Assembly: GCA_030704615.1 (NCBI GenBank)
Contig: CM060731.1
Location: forward strand, 41,168,001-41,232,000
Length of the DNA: 64,000 nucleotides
Reading direction: 5' to 3'
From: Takakia lepidozioides
Taxonomy: Eukaryota; Plantae; Bryophyta
The notes under the pieces are model-generated. The model was not told the origin of the DNA. It saw only the letters and a list, made by a program, of their open reading frames with translations, and did not search any database. The position numbers and the translations under genes were made by a program. Positions 36,491 to 50,814 of this stretch are shown here, one piece after another (position 1 is the first letter of the stretch; each line of letters starts with the position of its first letter).

Positions 36491-39400
36491 GTCACTAACT
36501 TCCTCCAACTGGTCTGCTGGTAGCCATGTCTGCAAAATCTCTTGAACACGCTGACGCTTAGCCATCCTGTGCTCCATGCAGGGGTAAGGAAAGAAAACCA
36601 GATCAATAGAGGCGCAAGAGGGACTGAGCGAGAGTTTTTTCAGTTCTTGCTCGCATTTGCAATGGCCAATAAGTATCCTCATTTTCTATTATGTGTGTGA
36701 GTTTGGACTTGTAAGAAATGTTGAGGCCAGAATTTCAGGTTGGTAAGGCCAAAATACTTACGATACTGGTGTCGCTATTTCAAAATGTTTATCCGTGGAG
36801 AAAGAATTGCATCTTGCTAAGAAGTTCCAAACCTCGATCATATGAGTTATATGTTTTCAAAACTGTAAAAAAACCATTAGTGGATATAGGGGATTGGTGC
36901 ATCTATAGAGTACAACCTACCTAGTCTATCTATACATTTATAAACATCCAATACATACTTAAAGAATTGTTTTTATACTAAAATATTATTCGTGGTTTGC
37001 CTCCAATGAAACACAAAAGACACCATTTATAAACCCTAGTTCAACCACGGTTTTGCAAGGTGAAACTAGTATAGCCAACAACCCTAAACCTATAGCAACA
37101 GTAGCAATAGGTTTCACAAGGCTTCGTCGATATAGCCATAAACTAAACAAGGGTAGGTTTCGCATTGAGAAACCCTTACTGATATAGCTTGAATCGTTTA
37201 TGTGACATGTATAGTTTTGATTGTAATGCCCACATTTCACACTGTCTACTTCTCTTTGATGTGTGTACAGTTTTAGCACAGGTTTACACAAGTTTTCTCA
37301 TTTTTGTCACATGAGCACAATCTTTTTTTGTTGTGGAATATCCTCCAAGTATCTGGGAATATATTAAATATTCTCTCGTGCTCACGAGCGTGGTCACACG
37401 CTACCCAACCTCCTTAAAACAGCCTTTGAGGGGTCAGTTTCGTCATGCAAATGTATCTCTCAATTTGATTAGCAATCTTCGGAGGAGTAAGTTTCACTAT
37501 GCGAAATTATACATGGGTAGGGACTTTAAAAGTGACCTATCCATCCTTTCAGTTGCAGTGAAATTTAAACTCAAGGTGGTTGGTGTATCATTGAATTTAT
37601 CCATGGATGAGGTCTTTAAAAATGTGACCTGGAGGGCCTATCCATCCTTTGCAATAAAATTCAGTGTATGCATGGAGGAATGGTAGGTTGTCAATGCCCA
37701 ATACATGTTTTAATGTAAGATATTGTCATGAGAGAGAATAGGGTTTAGGATATGTGTCCTACATATTCTATGGCATATTCAATGGAAATCTCTCCGGGTA
37801 TCCGAAGCATGAACCCTTAAATTTTTCAGTTTTGCCAAAAATTGCATCTGAGAATGTATAAGTAGTTTCAGGGGTCAGAGTTCTGCCTTACGAAATTATC
37901 CATGGATGAGGACCTTAAGGGTGACCCCAACTCTCAGATCTATATCATGTATAGGGGTTACTTGTTATTTACGTGTTGTGATTTAGTGCTCATGTGAACA
38001 GCTGAAAGAAGTTTTCAGAGGTTTTTGAGTTTTGCAACTTACCATTTCACTGTGAAATATTTCTTTGGCTACCTGGAGAATATGCAAAAAATATGCCCCT
38101 CTGGCCCTACCCACCTTTGAAGAAGAAAACCAAGTACATGCAACTCCACGTTGTTAAAGAACAATCATGCCACAACATGTGCATAATTAGTAACCAAAGG
38201 TTGAACCTCCATCTATTTAAACATGTAGGTATACATCCGACGTCACTTGTCACATACAAAAAAGAAAATATCTCTTTGCGATTCCCAGAATGCAAGCCGT
38301 AGGTCCAAAATAGATACCTCAAAGATCAATTTGATTTCTGACTAAATTTATGTTAAAATTTAATTTACGTTTGCTTTCACCGCTATTCATGAGGAACTAT
38401 TGCATGGAAAAAGAGTTTTTCTTGCGAAACTCGTTTTAACGCTAGAAAATCGTTCGACCCCTATACTCGCTGACACATCATATTTACGCTGACATATCCT
38501 ATGACCGTCGTGTGACATCTATGACCGTGCCAGGGTTCAGAACCCTGTGTGGGGCCTGTAAGCGCCCAGGTTCCTTACAAACCCTAGTCTCATTTCAGTG
38601 TCAGCCTAATAACGGGGTTCTGCGGAGGGTCATGATGGCGTGAGAGAAAGCTCCTTTGTTGTAAATGTCTGTAGAGTCCTTTTCAGGGGCTCGTGCACCA
38701 ATCCTGACCTACAATGTTGCCATCGCTAACATGACAGCCTGCAGGGACGACCATCAGCCCCAGGTGAATTTAGTGCAATTCATTTGGAAACTGGCCCATC
38801 ATCATTGCTCACATTTGATTATATATCTGGAAAGGAATTGTGAAGTTGAGAGACGACTCGCAACCGTTGCAAGCAATAAGTTAAACCATACAGTGACCTA
38901 CAGCGCAGCCAACTTGCATGCAGGGACTGGCATCTGCAGTGTTGAGACTTGAGACTGTTCCAGGAGAAGTTATGATATAAAATCTCGGCGCGGTACTGTC
39001 AAGAACTCATTCCCAAAGACAGTTGTAGGCAAAGTTCATTTAGGTATATCCCTCTACATGCAGGCTTCGAAACACACAACACACCTTAATATTCGTTTCC
39101 CCCACAGACATTGAAATGCTTACGTCCTCGTCTGTTGCCTTGTGGCCCGGCCTCCCCACAGAATAGGGAGTGGAGGAAAACGCAGCATTGTTCAAATTTG
39201 TTCAATCATGTACACAGGCTCCATGTCGTAGAAAAACGTCCAATGTCGGTCATTCAGTGCTGTCACTTGCCCTACTGTACCAGACTTCTCTTAGCAAGTA
39301 AGTAAGTAGGTGTTGAAAGTAAGATTATTGCGTCTCCAGCGTACGTAGGCATGGTTCCCTTGCGGGGAAAAGGAAGCAGGACGCGTCGGAACGACGCGAC

Positions 39401-42400
39401 GCGCTCTCCGCTGCAAAAGCAGCAGGCCTCCCCATGTCCCTGCAGCAACAGTCAATTTCCCTTTCTCGCCCTAACTGGACTGCACTGAAAGCAGAGATTT
39501 GTTGGCAACTGTCAGAAGACTCCAGGTTGCAGCTCCGCACAGGCCAGGCAGCAACGTGACAAAGGAAATGCACTTCGGCGGTGTGTCAGCCTGCTTTGTG
39601 CGCCATCACTGTGCAGACGTAAAGAGCACGAGCATCCCCGTCCAGCATCGTCTCCCTCTCCGCCTTGTCGCTTGCGCCATCGCCACTGCGCTCCATCCCC
39701 CGTTCCGTCGTCCCGCACGGCAAACATTATGGTATTATTATTATTGGATGGTCCCCACTTTATTGTGCCACTTAACAAGCCCAACAGACTAGGTACCTGG
39801 GGTTTCATCTTATGCCCCGATACAGCCAATACCCCCCTTCAGATATTATTTGACCACACAAAAAGCAAATTCCCTTTCATTCCTTCCCTTTCCTTTATCC
39901 CATATTGTACCTCTATCTCACTTTTTGGGGTCATCCAAGGGGGTGGAGAGGAGACAAAATTCCGAAGATCCCATGGGAATGTATAAGCGGCTAGACGTGC
40001 GGCATCAAAAATAGGTTTTGCATATGACATAGAGGGATTCCTGGGCCGGGCTTCCTTGGTAATAGGTTTCTGTAGGTTTTCCGATAGTTCGGATTACAAC
40101 TCTTGTATAAATTGTAAATCATTAGGTTCTTCGATCAAACCTTTGTGAATGAACAGACCATTTTAAGTACGATTCGCGATTAACAAAGTTAGTCCGAGAC
40201 AATGTTACAAGTGTGTAACAAGCCCATGATGGGGTGGGCGGCGCCGCGGTATGCTTGGAATACTTTGTAGGGTGGGTTGTCGAACCCTAATGATGGCTGC
40301 GAGTAAATAAGGAAGACTGGGAGTTGGCAATGTGTGTGAAACATCAATGTTGCTACTTACAACACACAAATCCATGGATGAGGTCTTCAAATGTGACCTG
40401 AAGGGTCTATCCATCCTATGCACTACAGTAAGATTTAAACTTAGTGCGGATAGACATTACAAATAGGGGGTGGTTCAATAGAAATGGAAATTACTTGCGC
40501 GATCACTTGAGCTATTAATGAATTGGATCAAAGCAACGTGTGTAGAATATTCCACCCTCAACCACATATACTTTCTCTACATGGATTGTCTGCCGCCTAA
40601 ACTAAGCCCAACATGATTGTGAACATGCTGGAGCCATTCAAAGCAAGTGATGGCGATGGTGGTGACCAAAATGATGGTCGCTTTAACTTGAACTTCCAAA
40701 CCCTCCATCGAGTCCGCATCCGGATCAAGCATCTCTAAGGAATATGCTTCAACGTGCTAAGAATCTGAACCTAACTGCGGTTACCTGCAAGGGCCTACGT
40801 GGACTGTGTATACAGTTCGCCTAACCCGACAGCAGGGCCGTTAACTGGGGGTGGGACCGGGACACCTGGAATCTAACGATATTCGAGAATTATACCTACT
40901 CTGTGGTAGTAAACCTGGTGTATTTTATAGTATTTATGACTGCCATACGCCGTTCAGGCATGTGCCACGTGCTACCTGCCGACGTACCAGCAGGGCGTAT
41001 ATTCCACAATGTATTATACCGTGTGACCGTATATATTTTGGGGGACAGCGTATCTCGTCGGTTATATGATTGCCTCCCACACTAGAATGTCGGGAGGATG
41101 AACAGAGTGTGAGCGTGCGGTTACATCCACATCGGGGATTAGCGAAGCGGATTAGGAAGAATGGAGGTGAGAGAATGATGGATTAGCGTGGGTGATCGGA
41201 GTTATGAGTGCTGTCGCCAGCCTGACCTTTTTCCTGCCAGCCCGACTAAAGGATGCATTATTGGCGCCACCTGGCCGGGAGCATTCATCCATGAAATACA
41301 CAGAGACAGTTGGACAGGTCATCCACTGAGGTCACGCGTGGACAGTTCATCCAGGGGTGCGAGTAATGAGTGCGGTTCCCGAGAGCGAGAGTGTTGACGG
41401 CGCTGCAGGCGGTCAATGGATGAACGTTTTGGATGTGGGCCTGCCGTGATATGATGGGACTAGAATCTGGCCCGACCGTTGCGCAATCCCGGCCGGGATC
41501 GCAGGGAACCTTCCACGTCAATAACCGGTCCCGTGATTTGAACTGGGGTTGGTGGGGGCGTAACTGGGGTGGTCACCGACGTTGCACCTGGCACGCACAG
41601 AGCAGGGTGTCGCAGCGAAATAAAAGGGTTCAAAGGATCCATGGCAGGTTAGTAAATCTGGCCAATCAGAGCGGGGTGTTAGTTGGGCGTATACTGCGCG
41701 ACAGGCGTGTTTATGAGGTATGGGGCGCTATTATTGGGGTCGCGCCGGATTCGAACCTCCGACCGGCAAGCCCTGCAAGCATCCACAGGAGATTGATTAT
41801 TCTTTCCCAGAGTGTTCTTCAGTTTCATTGGGATGAATAGACTAGGTCTTTCGTTTTATAGATGGATGAGGATTGGGTACCGTGGATGAATCGGAAAACA
41901 CAGCTACGGATTTGAACAAACCACTATTGGAACAAACCTCGTTAATTTTATAATGTGTTATAATTCAGAATTTAAATTAATTATCCATTACCATTGGAAT
42001 GTTTTTAAGGGAAAGGGGAGGAAGCGCATATTGGAATTGAATTGCCAAAAACAAAAATTGGATAAAAATTGGAATTGGAAATGCAACCTTATTGATGTTC
42101 ACGGAGCTTTTATCATTTAGGTTTATAGGTCCTCGGAATGAGAGTATACATTACAGATACCACCCATAATCTACAGCGTACGTATGTATTCATCCACCAC
42201 CCTGAAGAGCGTAATAAATCTAAAATGAATGGCGATATATAGCCTTAGGAAATTTCAATATATGTGAAAATTCATCAAAATCATGGGTTTGTTTCGTGCT
42301 GAATGGAGCCATCCGGAAGGACAACAAGGACGAAAACTGTCGACTTAGATATTCCAAGTGCTTTTATTTCCTGTACATCAATACCTTGCTTTTTCCCTGT

Positions 42401-45269
42401 TTCTCTTAAAAGGGTACCCTCAGCCCTGTGAAGTTACTAACCCACACTGTTTAAAATTAAATACAGAGTAGTTTAGTGGATTTTTATTTATTTATTTTTT
42501 CAAAAAGGCAACCTGAGAGCGACAGCCCACAATTCAGGCCCTTGAGGAGGGGAAATTTATTGCGTTTAGGCCTCTGCTGTCTTTTTCCAGAAAATAAAAT
42601 AGAAATATAGTTCGTTTGCTTTATTATTACTGTTATTTTAAAAACAAGGAATTGTGTCCCTTATTGAACTTTATTGGAGATTATTTTGGGGAAAAGAATT
42701 AAAACCCCGATTACACCATAACTAGGCACTCACACCCTAGTTTTTTCTTAAAAAATTTATTCTATTTTATAAATTTATGAAAGGGACGGAGGCCCTGCTC
42801 GAACTTTATTATAATTATTGGAGGGAAAAAAATAAACCCTCGGTTGCCAAAAGCTGCCATAAGGCATGTCACACAGGAGGCTGTGCACGTAGAGCTAGTA
42901 ACTGTAACAAGAAGACACCATAAGACGTGAATAAATCACTAGAAACTCCAAGTGTGGAGAGGGTCCAGCCCTCGGCTGATTATCCATGCTGGTGGAGTGT
43001 AGCATTAGGGTGATAAGAGTGTAATTTAGCGAGTGGGAGGGAAGAGGGTTAGAAGAGGACTCTAGTGACTCTCAGTGATAGTTCGTTTATTGTTCTCCGA
43101 AATTACAGTTAAATATGTTATTTGGAGTCAGTGGGTTGTAATGATTATATAGTATAAAGCATAATTTTGTTGATCTTCCTGAATCCTAATGACCTTAACT
43201 TCCAAATTTGGTCAAATAGAGAGGGGTATTATGGCCCACATTAAACATGAGAATGTTGCCAGATACACCTCATAAAGTTCATTTAGTGAGTGTTTTTAGT
43301 ACACGTCCCTAACTGGTCCAGTAGGCCAAGTCCACTAAACTATACTACTACTTCATTTTCCAATTTATGGGAATACAGTACCTTCCAAAGAAAAAACAAA
43401 GTACAAAAAATAAAAATAAAGTACATTTCAGTGTCCACCCCTTTTCCCAAAAATAGAAAAAGATAAAAAGTACCAACCCAACAGTTTAGACTCCGTGGAT
43501 CAATTAACACCACCATAAACAACGCTCACTATTTTCTGGGGATTCATGAAAATTTCAAATTTTCAAACTTATGCGCGAAAAGACAAAGGATGAGAGAGCT
43601 TCCCACCCAATGTTGCCTTCTAGCTACACTACATTGTGGGGTCGTCCCGACTGTGCGGTGGTGACCGAAGACGTGAAACCGCCATAATAAATACCAAATT
43701 TGCTTTGCATGGCCGAGACCCCGAGTCCTGTCGTTTATTGTCGAAACGTGGAATTTTTGGCGTGTCTTGGAGCTGTCCACCGATCCCATCCCAAATTTGC
43801 TCCAGCATCATTCTCTAGGGAGCCACATGTTCCGAACGCACGTCACCACCGTCCGCACCCGAATTTGGATTAATTGCTCCTCCAGCCCGACGTGAATTGT
43901 CCCTATAGTGCCAAGAAGATTTCGACAACACCTCGCAATTTCTTACCAACAAGAGTCCAAGTCTTGACGAAGCTGCAAGCTGTCAATCCCAAAAGCCATA
44001 TTCCACTGCAAGCTGGCTCGGAACTATTTTTTCCAGACTAGGTAATATTCCGTTTCTCGAAATTGGATAGAAACGATTCGTATTTCATGCCATCGTTGGG
44101 ACGTACGGAAGGGCATCCATCGGTGGTTCATTCATCCGTGGTTTGCGCGCGGCATACAGAACGCGAAAGGGCGGGTCCAGACCAACATCCAGATCGGCGG
44201 GCAGAGCGGGACTAGCTGGGGAGGCCCATACTTAGGCTGCCCATGCTAGCTGGAAAGGCCTATAGTTAGGCTTCCCATGCTGCGTCTCTGCCAGCTCTGG
44301 GCGCGGGGAAGAGTCTTGGCCTCGTTGGCCTCTCTCGCCTCTTCTTCCTCGCCATAGCTGCTCTGCTCTGCTCTGCTCTGTTCCTGGCACTTGCTGGACC
44401 AAGCTGGCCGCCTCTCTTGCCTCTGCGCACTCGCGCACTTATTCATTTCTTGCCTGAGCGGGCCTGCAAGTCTTTCGGTGCTCGCTTTCGTCGTTTCTGC
44501 AGCTAGTTCGAGTCTCAGTTTGGAGGGAGAGAGGCGGGGTCGTTTGGTGTGAGGGGGAGGTTGATCCGGGAGATCTGTAGTCTGTTGTGGTATCTTTGCG
44601 GTGGTTGTGTCGTGATATACTTGTCCGCGCGTCATATTATTACGGTGTTTGTTTGTTCGAGATTGCTCGTGGAGTGTTGTTTCGTATTTGGAGTGGTGCA
44701 ATGCTACTGTCTGTCGAGGCGTTGGACGTTCTGTAGTTTCAAATTTAGCTCGATCTTGACGGTGTTTCTGGTTTGGAAAGATTAGATCAGTAGTTTCTTA
44801 TGCTTGTTACTTTCTGTGAGTGAGAGTGAGGGGGAGTCCTCTGTCTGCGGCGGAGCGCAATGCTTGGACGTCTCCTGGAGAGTCAGAGGCGGACAGGCAG
44901 CTGAGGGAAGGGAGGATTGCTGTATGAGGGAGGACGGAAGCTGCGCCTGTGCAACTCGAAGGGGAGTGCAGCATTGAGCTGGAGAGCGGATTGTCACGAT
45001 GCAGCATTAATGCAGCAGCTCAATAGACAACGCGGAGGGAAATGAATTGCGAGCAGGTTGGGATGGGGAATGACGTGCCTGTGGGAGATCTTCGTTGGTC
45101 AGTGGGCAAGTACTCGATAGTTTGGGAGAGGAGCGCCTTTTCCAGGTGCTTTCAATGCTCCCTAAAGCTTCAAGAAGCGTAATCTCTAATCGCCTTGGAT
45201 AGCTGCTAGAAACAGGTCATACCTCGAGCTCATATTCTTAGTACCTTCGGCCAACTTCAGGCCTTCAAA

Positions 45270-48200
45270 ATGCCTCCAAAGTTTGATTTTGTGGACTGGT
45301 GGACGAAGGAGACGCACAAGGGTACCCCTGTGGTAGTGAAGATGGAGAATCCCAACTGGTCAATGCTGGAGCTGCAAGGTCCTCTGCCGGGATTTGAATG
45401 CGAGAAGGCCAAAGGCAAGAATGCCAAGCAGTTGACTTGGGTACTCCTGTTAAAAGCACATCGAGCAGCAGGTTGTCTAGCATGGCTGGCACTAGGCCTG
45501 TGGACCGTACTTGCTGCCATCAAGAAGCGCCTCATTCTCCAGCAAGGTGTATTGCCCAGTTCTGAGAAACTGCAAAAAGGCAGGCTGTTCAACGTGATCA
45601 GGGGCTTCCTGGTGTTTGCCGTGAGCATGCTGTGTGTGGAGGTGGCAGCTCACATGCTGGGTTGGCACTTCACACGGCCTCACATGCCGACTTCGTTCCG
45701 ACTCGACAACTTGCCGCACGCAGTGTATCTGGCCTGGGTTTTTGTGCGAGCTCACTACATTGCCCCGCCTCTCCAATTTCTGGCTGATAGCTGCATCATC
45801 CTCTTTCTCATCCAGTCTGCTGATCGAATTATATTGTGCTTGGGATGTATGTGGATCAAGTACAAGAATATTAAGCCCATTCCCAAAGATGCATCCTTAG
45901 AATCCGACGATGTGGAGCAACCCGATAAGGGCTATCCGATGGTCCTTGTCCAGATTCCAATGTGTAATGAGCGAGAGGTATTTCCGCTTGCCTGCACCAC
46001 CCCTGCGCATTTTGGCAGTCATAAGGCAGGTAGAGATTGTGTCAAGGTTTATGGGCTTGGTTTCTCGGCGAGGTGGAATAGTGTCATAGCTCTATCGAGA
46101 GCATAATATGGCGGTAGTGACAGTTTCATATGCCAATATTTTCTGGAGGGTCTGGGAAATAGCTGGGAAATACCAGATTCATCTGTACATGCAGTTACTG
46201 AGTGGGAACTTGGCCATTTTAAGTACGGTCCATTATACCACTTCTTCTAGGTGTTTAAGAAGCCAGTCGCTTTCGAGGAGGCAATCAATCTGTGGGGCAT
46301 GATTCTTGCCACATGTCAAGTGCAAGTGATCAAGCTGGCATGGCTCCCCCTCCTGTAGCGATTGCGTATATGTTGTGGGAGAATGTAATCATAGATGTGT
46401 TTTTCTGGGGCCGTCTGAGTCTGCTTGTTCATGTCTTTTAGTTGCACCTTGATGGTCCTGGGTGCATAGATTATTGGCTCGAGTGTTTGCGGTACACATG
46501 TGAATGTCAGAAGTCTAGTCTTTCCCTGAGTCTCCAACCCAGATGTTTCTGGTTCCAAAGTAAGGACTGCAAGTGTTTCAGCCGGCGATGCTACTGGTTT
46601 TTTTCTGTACCCCACCAGATCATAGAGATTGAGTTTGTACCCTGTCTGAAGCATGTTTCATCCACCAAGTGGCTGGTGTCGATACACGTCTTGAACTGCA
46701 CCTGCTTGTCATGCAGGTGTATGAACAATCCATCTCTGCAGTGTGTCAGCTAGACTGGCCGAGACATCGGATGCTGGTACAGGTGCTTGATGACTCGGAT
46801 GATGTTGAAACTCAAGAACTCATCAAGGCAGAGGTAGACAAATGGCATCAAAAGGGTATCAACATCATTTACAGGCATCGCTTGCTTCGCACTGGGTACA
46901 AAGCAGGCAATCTCAATTCAGCCATGGGCTGTGATTATGTGAAGGACTACGAATTTGTGACCATCATGGATGCTGACTTTCAGCCCAAATCTGACTTTCT
47001 TAAACGCACGATGCCGCACTTTAAGGTATGCTGTGATCTGTTAAGATCTTTCTGTCCATGTAATCTGTTAGAGGTTCAGGGACACTCAAATCCTGAAACA
47101 GTCAGCTTCAAGCACCTACATACTATGTCGCTGAGGTGTCAATTGCAATTGCATTAGGAATCTGCCTAGTAGATTAGAAAGATGAAATATGAACGTAAAG
47201 ACAATGCGAGGGTTAGGGTCTTAATCTTACCAATTGCCTGCTCTGCTATTACTTTTGAAGTCATGCAAGTGTCTTCAGCTTACCTGGCTTGGTGGTGATG
47301 GTGGCAGGACAATCCAGAGCTGGGGCTAGTGCAGGCACGATGGTCTTTTGTGAACAGGGACGAGAATTTACTTACAAGACTGCAAAACATAAACCTTTCC
47401 TTCCATTTTGAGGTGGAGCAGCAGGTGAATGGTGTGTTCCTTAACTTTTTTGGTTTCAATGGGACTGCTGGTGTGTGGCGCATCAAAGCTCTTGAGGACT
47501 GTGGGGGCTGGCTGGAGCGCACCACTGTGGAGGACATGGATGTTGCCGTGCGTGCACATCTCGGTGGCTGGAAGTTCATCTTTCTCAATGATGTCCGGGT
47601 ATGATCATTCCCTCTGCAATCTAGAAACTTTTCTAGATGAGTTTCAATTGGTGGAGTCATTTTTTCAATCAACAAACGAACGTAGATTTTGATGCATTCT
47701 ATGCTTGTTGCAGTGGCGGCAGCAGTCAGAATTTATGTGCCCTTTCATTTTCTAACACACCTGCTGTTGCAAATCCTTTGTCTTGATCTCTCATTCATGG
47801 ATAATTGCCTCTGAGTTGGACAATGTCCCAAAGGAAGTTTGCAGCCTTGAATGATGTAGGTATTGTTGGAATTGGAAAACAGTCCCATGCTTTTGGATCT
47901 ACAATATTACTTATCCTTAGAAGCCAAGAGCTATTGTCTGTACGACACAAGCCTACCGGTGGCTGAGTTTATGGTTTGCATGGTGCAGTGTCTGTGTGAG
48001 CTGCCAGAATCATATGAGGCATACAGGAAACAGCAACATCGCTGGCACTCTGGCCCGATGCAACTTTTCCGTTTGTGTCTTCCAGACATCATCTCATCAA
48101 AGGTCCGTCCTTCACTTCAGAACTGTCTGTTCATATCTTATAATTGTTGTATGTGGTCATTTCAGTAGGTGGGTAGTTGTTTGGAGTCAGGAGAATTTGT

Positions 48201-49032
48201 TTGTTACATGTAGAATGTAGGCTGGCAGTGATATCTTCTTCATCACCAAGTACAAAGTTCTGAGGGAGCAGGCAAGTTCATGGGATATTATACTAGCTTG
48301 ATCTGCCATGGTTTTGTAAGAGTGGTGAGAAACATGCAGTTTCTGACAGTATGAGGGTGTGTGGATCTGCAGATGTCAATGTCAAAGAAAGCAAACCTCA
48401 TCTTCCTCTTCTTCTTATTGAGGAAGCTGATTCTCCCATTCTATTCATTCACACTCTTCTGCATAATTCTGCCCATGACTATGTTTGTGCCGGAAGCAAC
48501 CCTGCCAGTCTGGGTTGTGTGTTACATCCCTGCCCTCATGTCCTTCATGAACATCCTGCCTTCCCCGCGCTCCTTTCCCTTCCTTGTCCCCTACCTACTT
48601 TTTGAGAATACCATGTCGGTCACTAAGTTCAATGCCATGGTTTCTGGCTTGTTCCAACTCTCTAGTGCTTATGAGTGGGTGGTCACCAAGAAGTTGGGCC
48701 GTCCATCGGAAGCAGATCTACTAGCATCTGTCCAGGATGTAAAGCCACAAGGTGCAGCACAGCTTTCCAAGCATGCCCGTGTCACCTCTGAATCAGGGCT
48801 AGACGCGCTGAAGCAGCTGAAGCAGCAGGCACCACCACCACCACCACCACCAATTGTGAAGAAGAAGACTAACCGCTTGTATCGAAAGGAGCTAGCATTG
48901 GCGTTTTTGTTGCTGACTGCGGCAGCAAGGAGTTTGCTGTCAGCACAGGGTGTACACTTTTACTTCTTGCTCTTTCAAGGCATTTCTTTCCTGGTGGTGG
49001 GCTTGGATCTCATTGGTGAGCAAGTCAGCTGA
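45270..49032 (+). CDS. CSLC: Cellulose synthase-like C (xyloglucan beta-1,4-glucan synthase), exons 45270-45977, 46717-47025, 47308-47598, 47989-48102, 48373-49032
   Basis: [61 protein letters not shown]-terminal [10 protein letters not shown]; all introns in phase. Confidence 0.97.
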
Positions 49033-50814
49033 GCTATGTCCTGTACCAGGGGCCTCCTCTGATTCTAGTGTGTCTGCCCCAAATCATGGGTTACATAGCA
49101 CCCACACAGTGCAACCCTGGATTTGGTTCAGCTACACAGGAACTTACAACTAAAGCACATGGATGGCCAGCGTGCGTCATGGACACAGGTGCAGGTGGGG
49201 CAAAGGATTCTTGGCAGTTGCCATTGGATATTGAAGTGCAATTTTTGGGGTTGGCATCTGGTAGAAACTGTATACCTGTTGGAGCATGTGGTCTGCTGCG
49301 GAAGAGTAGCCAAGCAACTGTGGCCTCTCATGTGAATGCCAAGCAGTCAAAGGATGGTAGCCTTCAGCTGGAGGGGTTCATGCTTCAGTAAGAGTTGTGC
49401 TCCCCTTGTTAACTTCTCTAGGCAAAGTTGGTAGGAGGCTCCATGGGGCTGAAAGCTGTTGGTACTACAGAAGACTGTAATGTCTCTTGATTAGGGTCTA
49501 CCAGCCTATCCAGTAATTGCTGCCAGGTACCCCTTCTATTAGTTTGTGTTCAATCTCAGGTAATTCTTTTGAGCCAATACCATTATTTCAGATGCCTCCA
49601 TTAAGAGGGCCAGTAGCTGTGCAACATGTACGTAGATCGTGCCTCAGGCTTATGTGAATAAATGAACAGTTAGTCATTGTATGTAGGCTCTTGTAGTGTT
49701 GCCTACCATGAAACAGAGCAAGAAACTATGTCTGCTCAGCATTATGGACTTTAGTCATCCTAGTCTACTGCTCGTATCTGATGTCGACAACTGAATAAAG
49801 GTTGGCTCTCTCTCTCTCTCTCTTTCTTTCTGGTGGCTAAGCTCCTACCACTTTGCCTACTCAAAAAGTGCCTAATCTTAGAATTTCCTGCCTAGAACGG
49901 AAAACAACTAGTTCCCCTGTAACAAAACTCTTGGATTGCCAAATCTGTGTCTATCTATCCTCAGATATTGTTACTCAACTTCCGGATTACTTATTCCTGT
50001 TGTGGTGTTGTGAAAATTGTTTTTCCAGTTGCTCGTACATTTCTGTTGGTAAGGCAAAGAGAATTATGGTATGTCCTTTGTGAACGAACATGACATGACA
50101 GTTGATGGTGAACTAATCCCTGACACCTTGCTAGGCCCTGTACCTGCAGCATACTGAGTGTATGTGTACGCCTTCTTGGGGATCCGATCATGTGCCTTGC
50201 TCTCTCGGCTGGTCTACTGTAGCCAGTGCCTAGTATCAGAGAATTAGGAAACCTGAAACTGAGAGGCTTGAGAATACTCTCCTGCTTTTATCGTGATGGT
50301 CCAAGTTTTTGGTAACACCATTCAAGAACTCTCTCTCTCTCTCTCTCCCTGCACGAAGTGGCTGATGTGACCAAATGCTGGCCTTGTGACCCCCCCTCGC
50401 CGCGTTTATTTGACCAGCTTGCTTCAGGTAAGGTAAGGTAGTGCATTGGATTTAGTTGGAGAAGTGGTCCCTCCTGTAGAGTATGGCTACATGGACCCTT
50501 CCCTATGGATTGATGATCTCTGAATGCCTGCCCTGGCTTGCATGCTCAACAACTCGGCTAAGGTATGCCCTTTTTTTCATTTCTTGCCTGCTATGTACAT
50601 CCACCTAATCCCCATGGCGATTTCTGGTGATCTGTCTAAAAGAATGCCTTTGACAGGTAGGGTCCCACAGCCAGATATTCTCTGGGGAGCTTGACGCTTG
50701 ACACCCAAAACTGACTACTATGGATGGCAAACCTGGTGGTAAGCCAAGCCCTCAGGTGTATGCAAGAATGCCATGTCAGTCTGACCTGGCTTTGTGTGCA
50801 GTGATGATTAGGCA

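Larger units (their letters stand above)
32400..36565 (-). pseudogene. Unknown gene (MAKRQRVQEILQTW...) split by the LTR element; 5' piece 36565-36491, 3' piece 32990-~32400
   Basis: Removing the element and one GTCAC restores the frame EEVSD-HVAGYLTMQEWLK. Stops appear from 32513 onwards. Confidence 0.65.

Noticed and set aside
41736-41800. tRNA gene (GGTTCGAATCC on the minus strand)
   Set aside because: Only a B-box/T-loop motif; no A box, T-stem or acceptor stem pairing.
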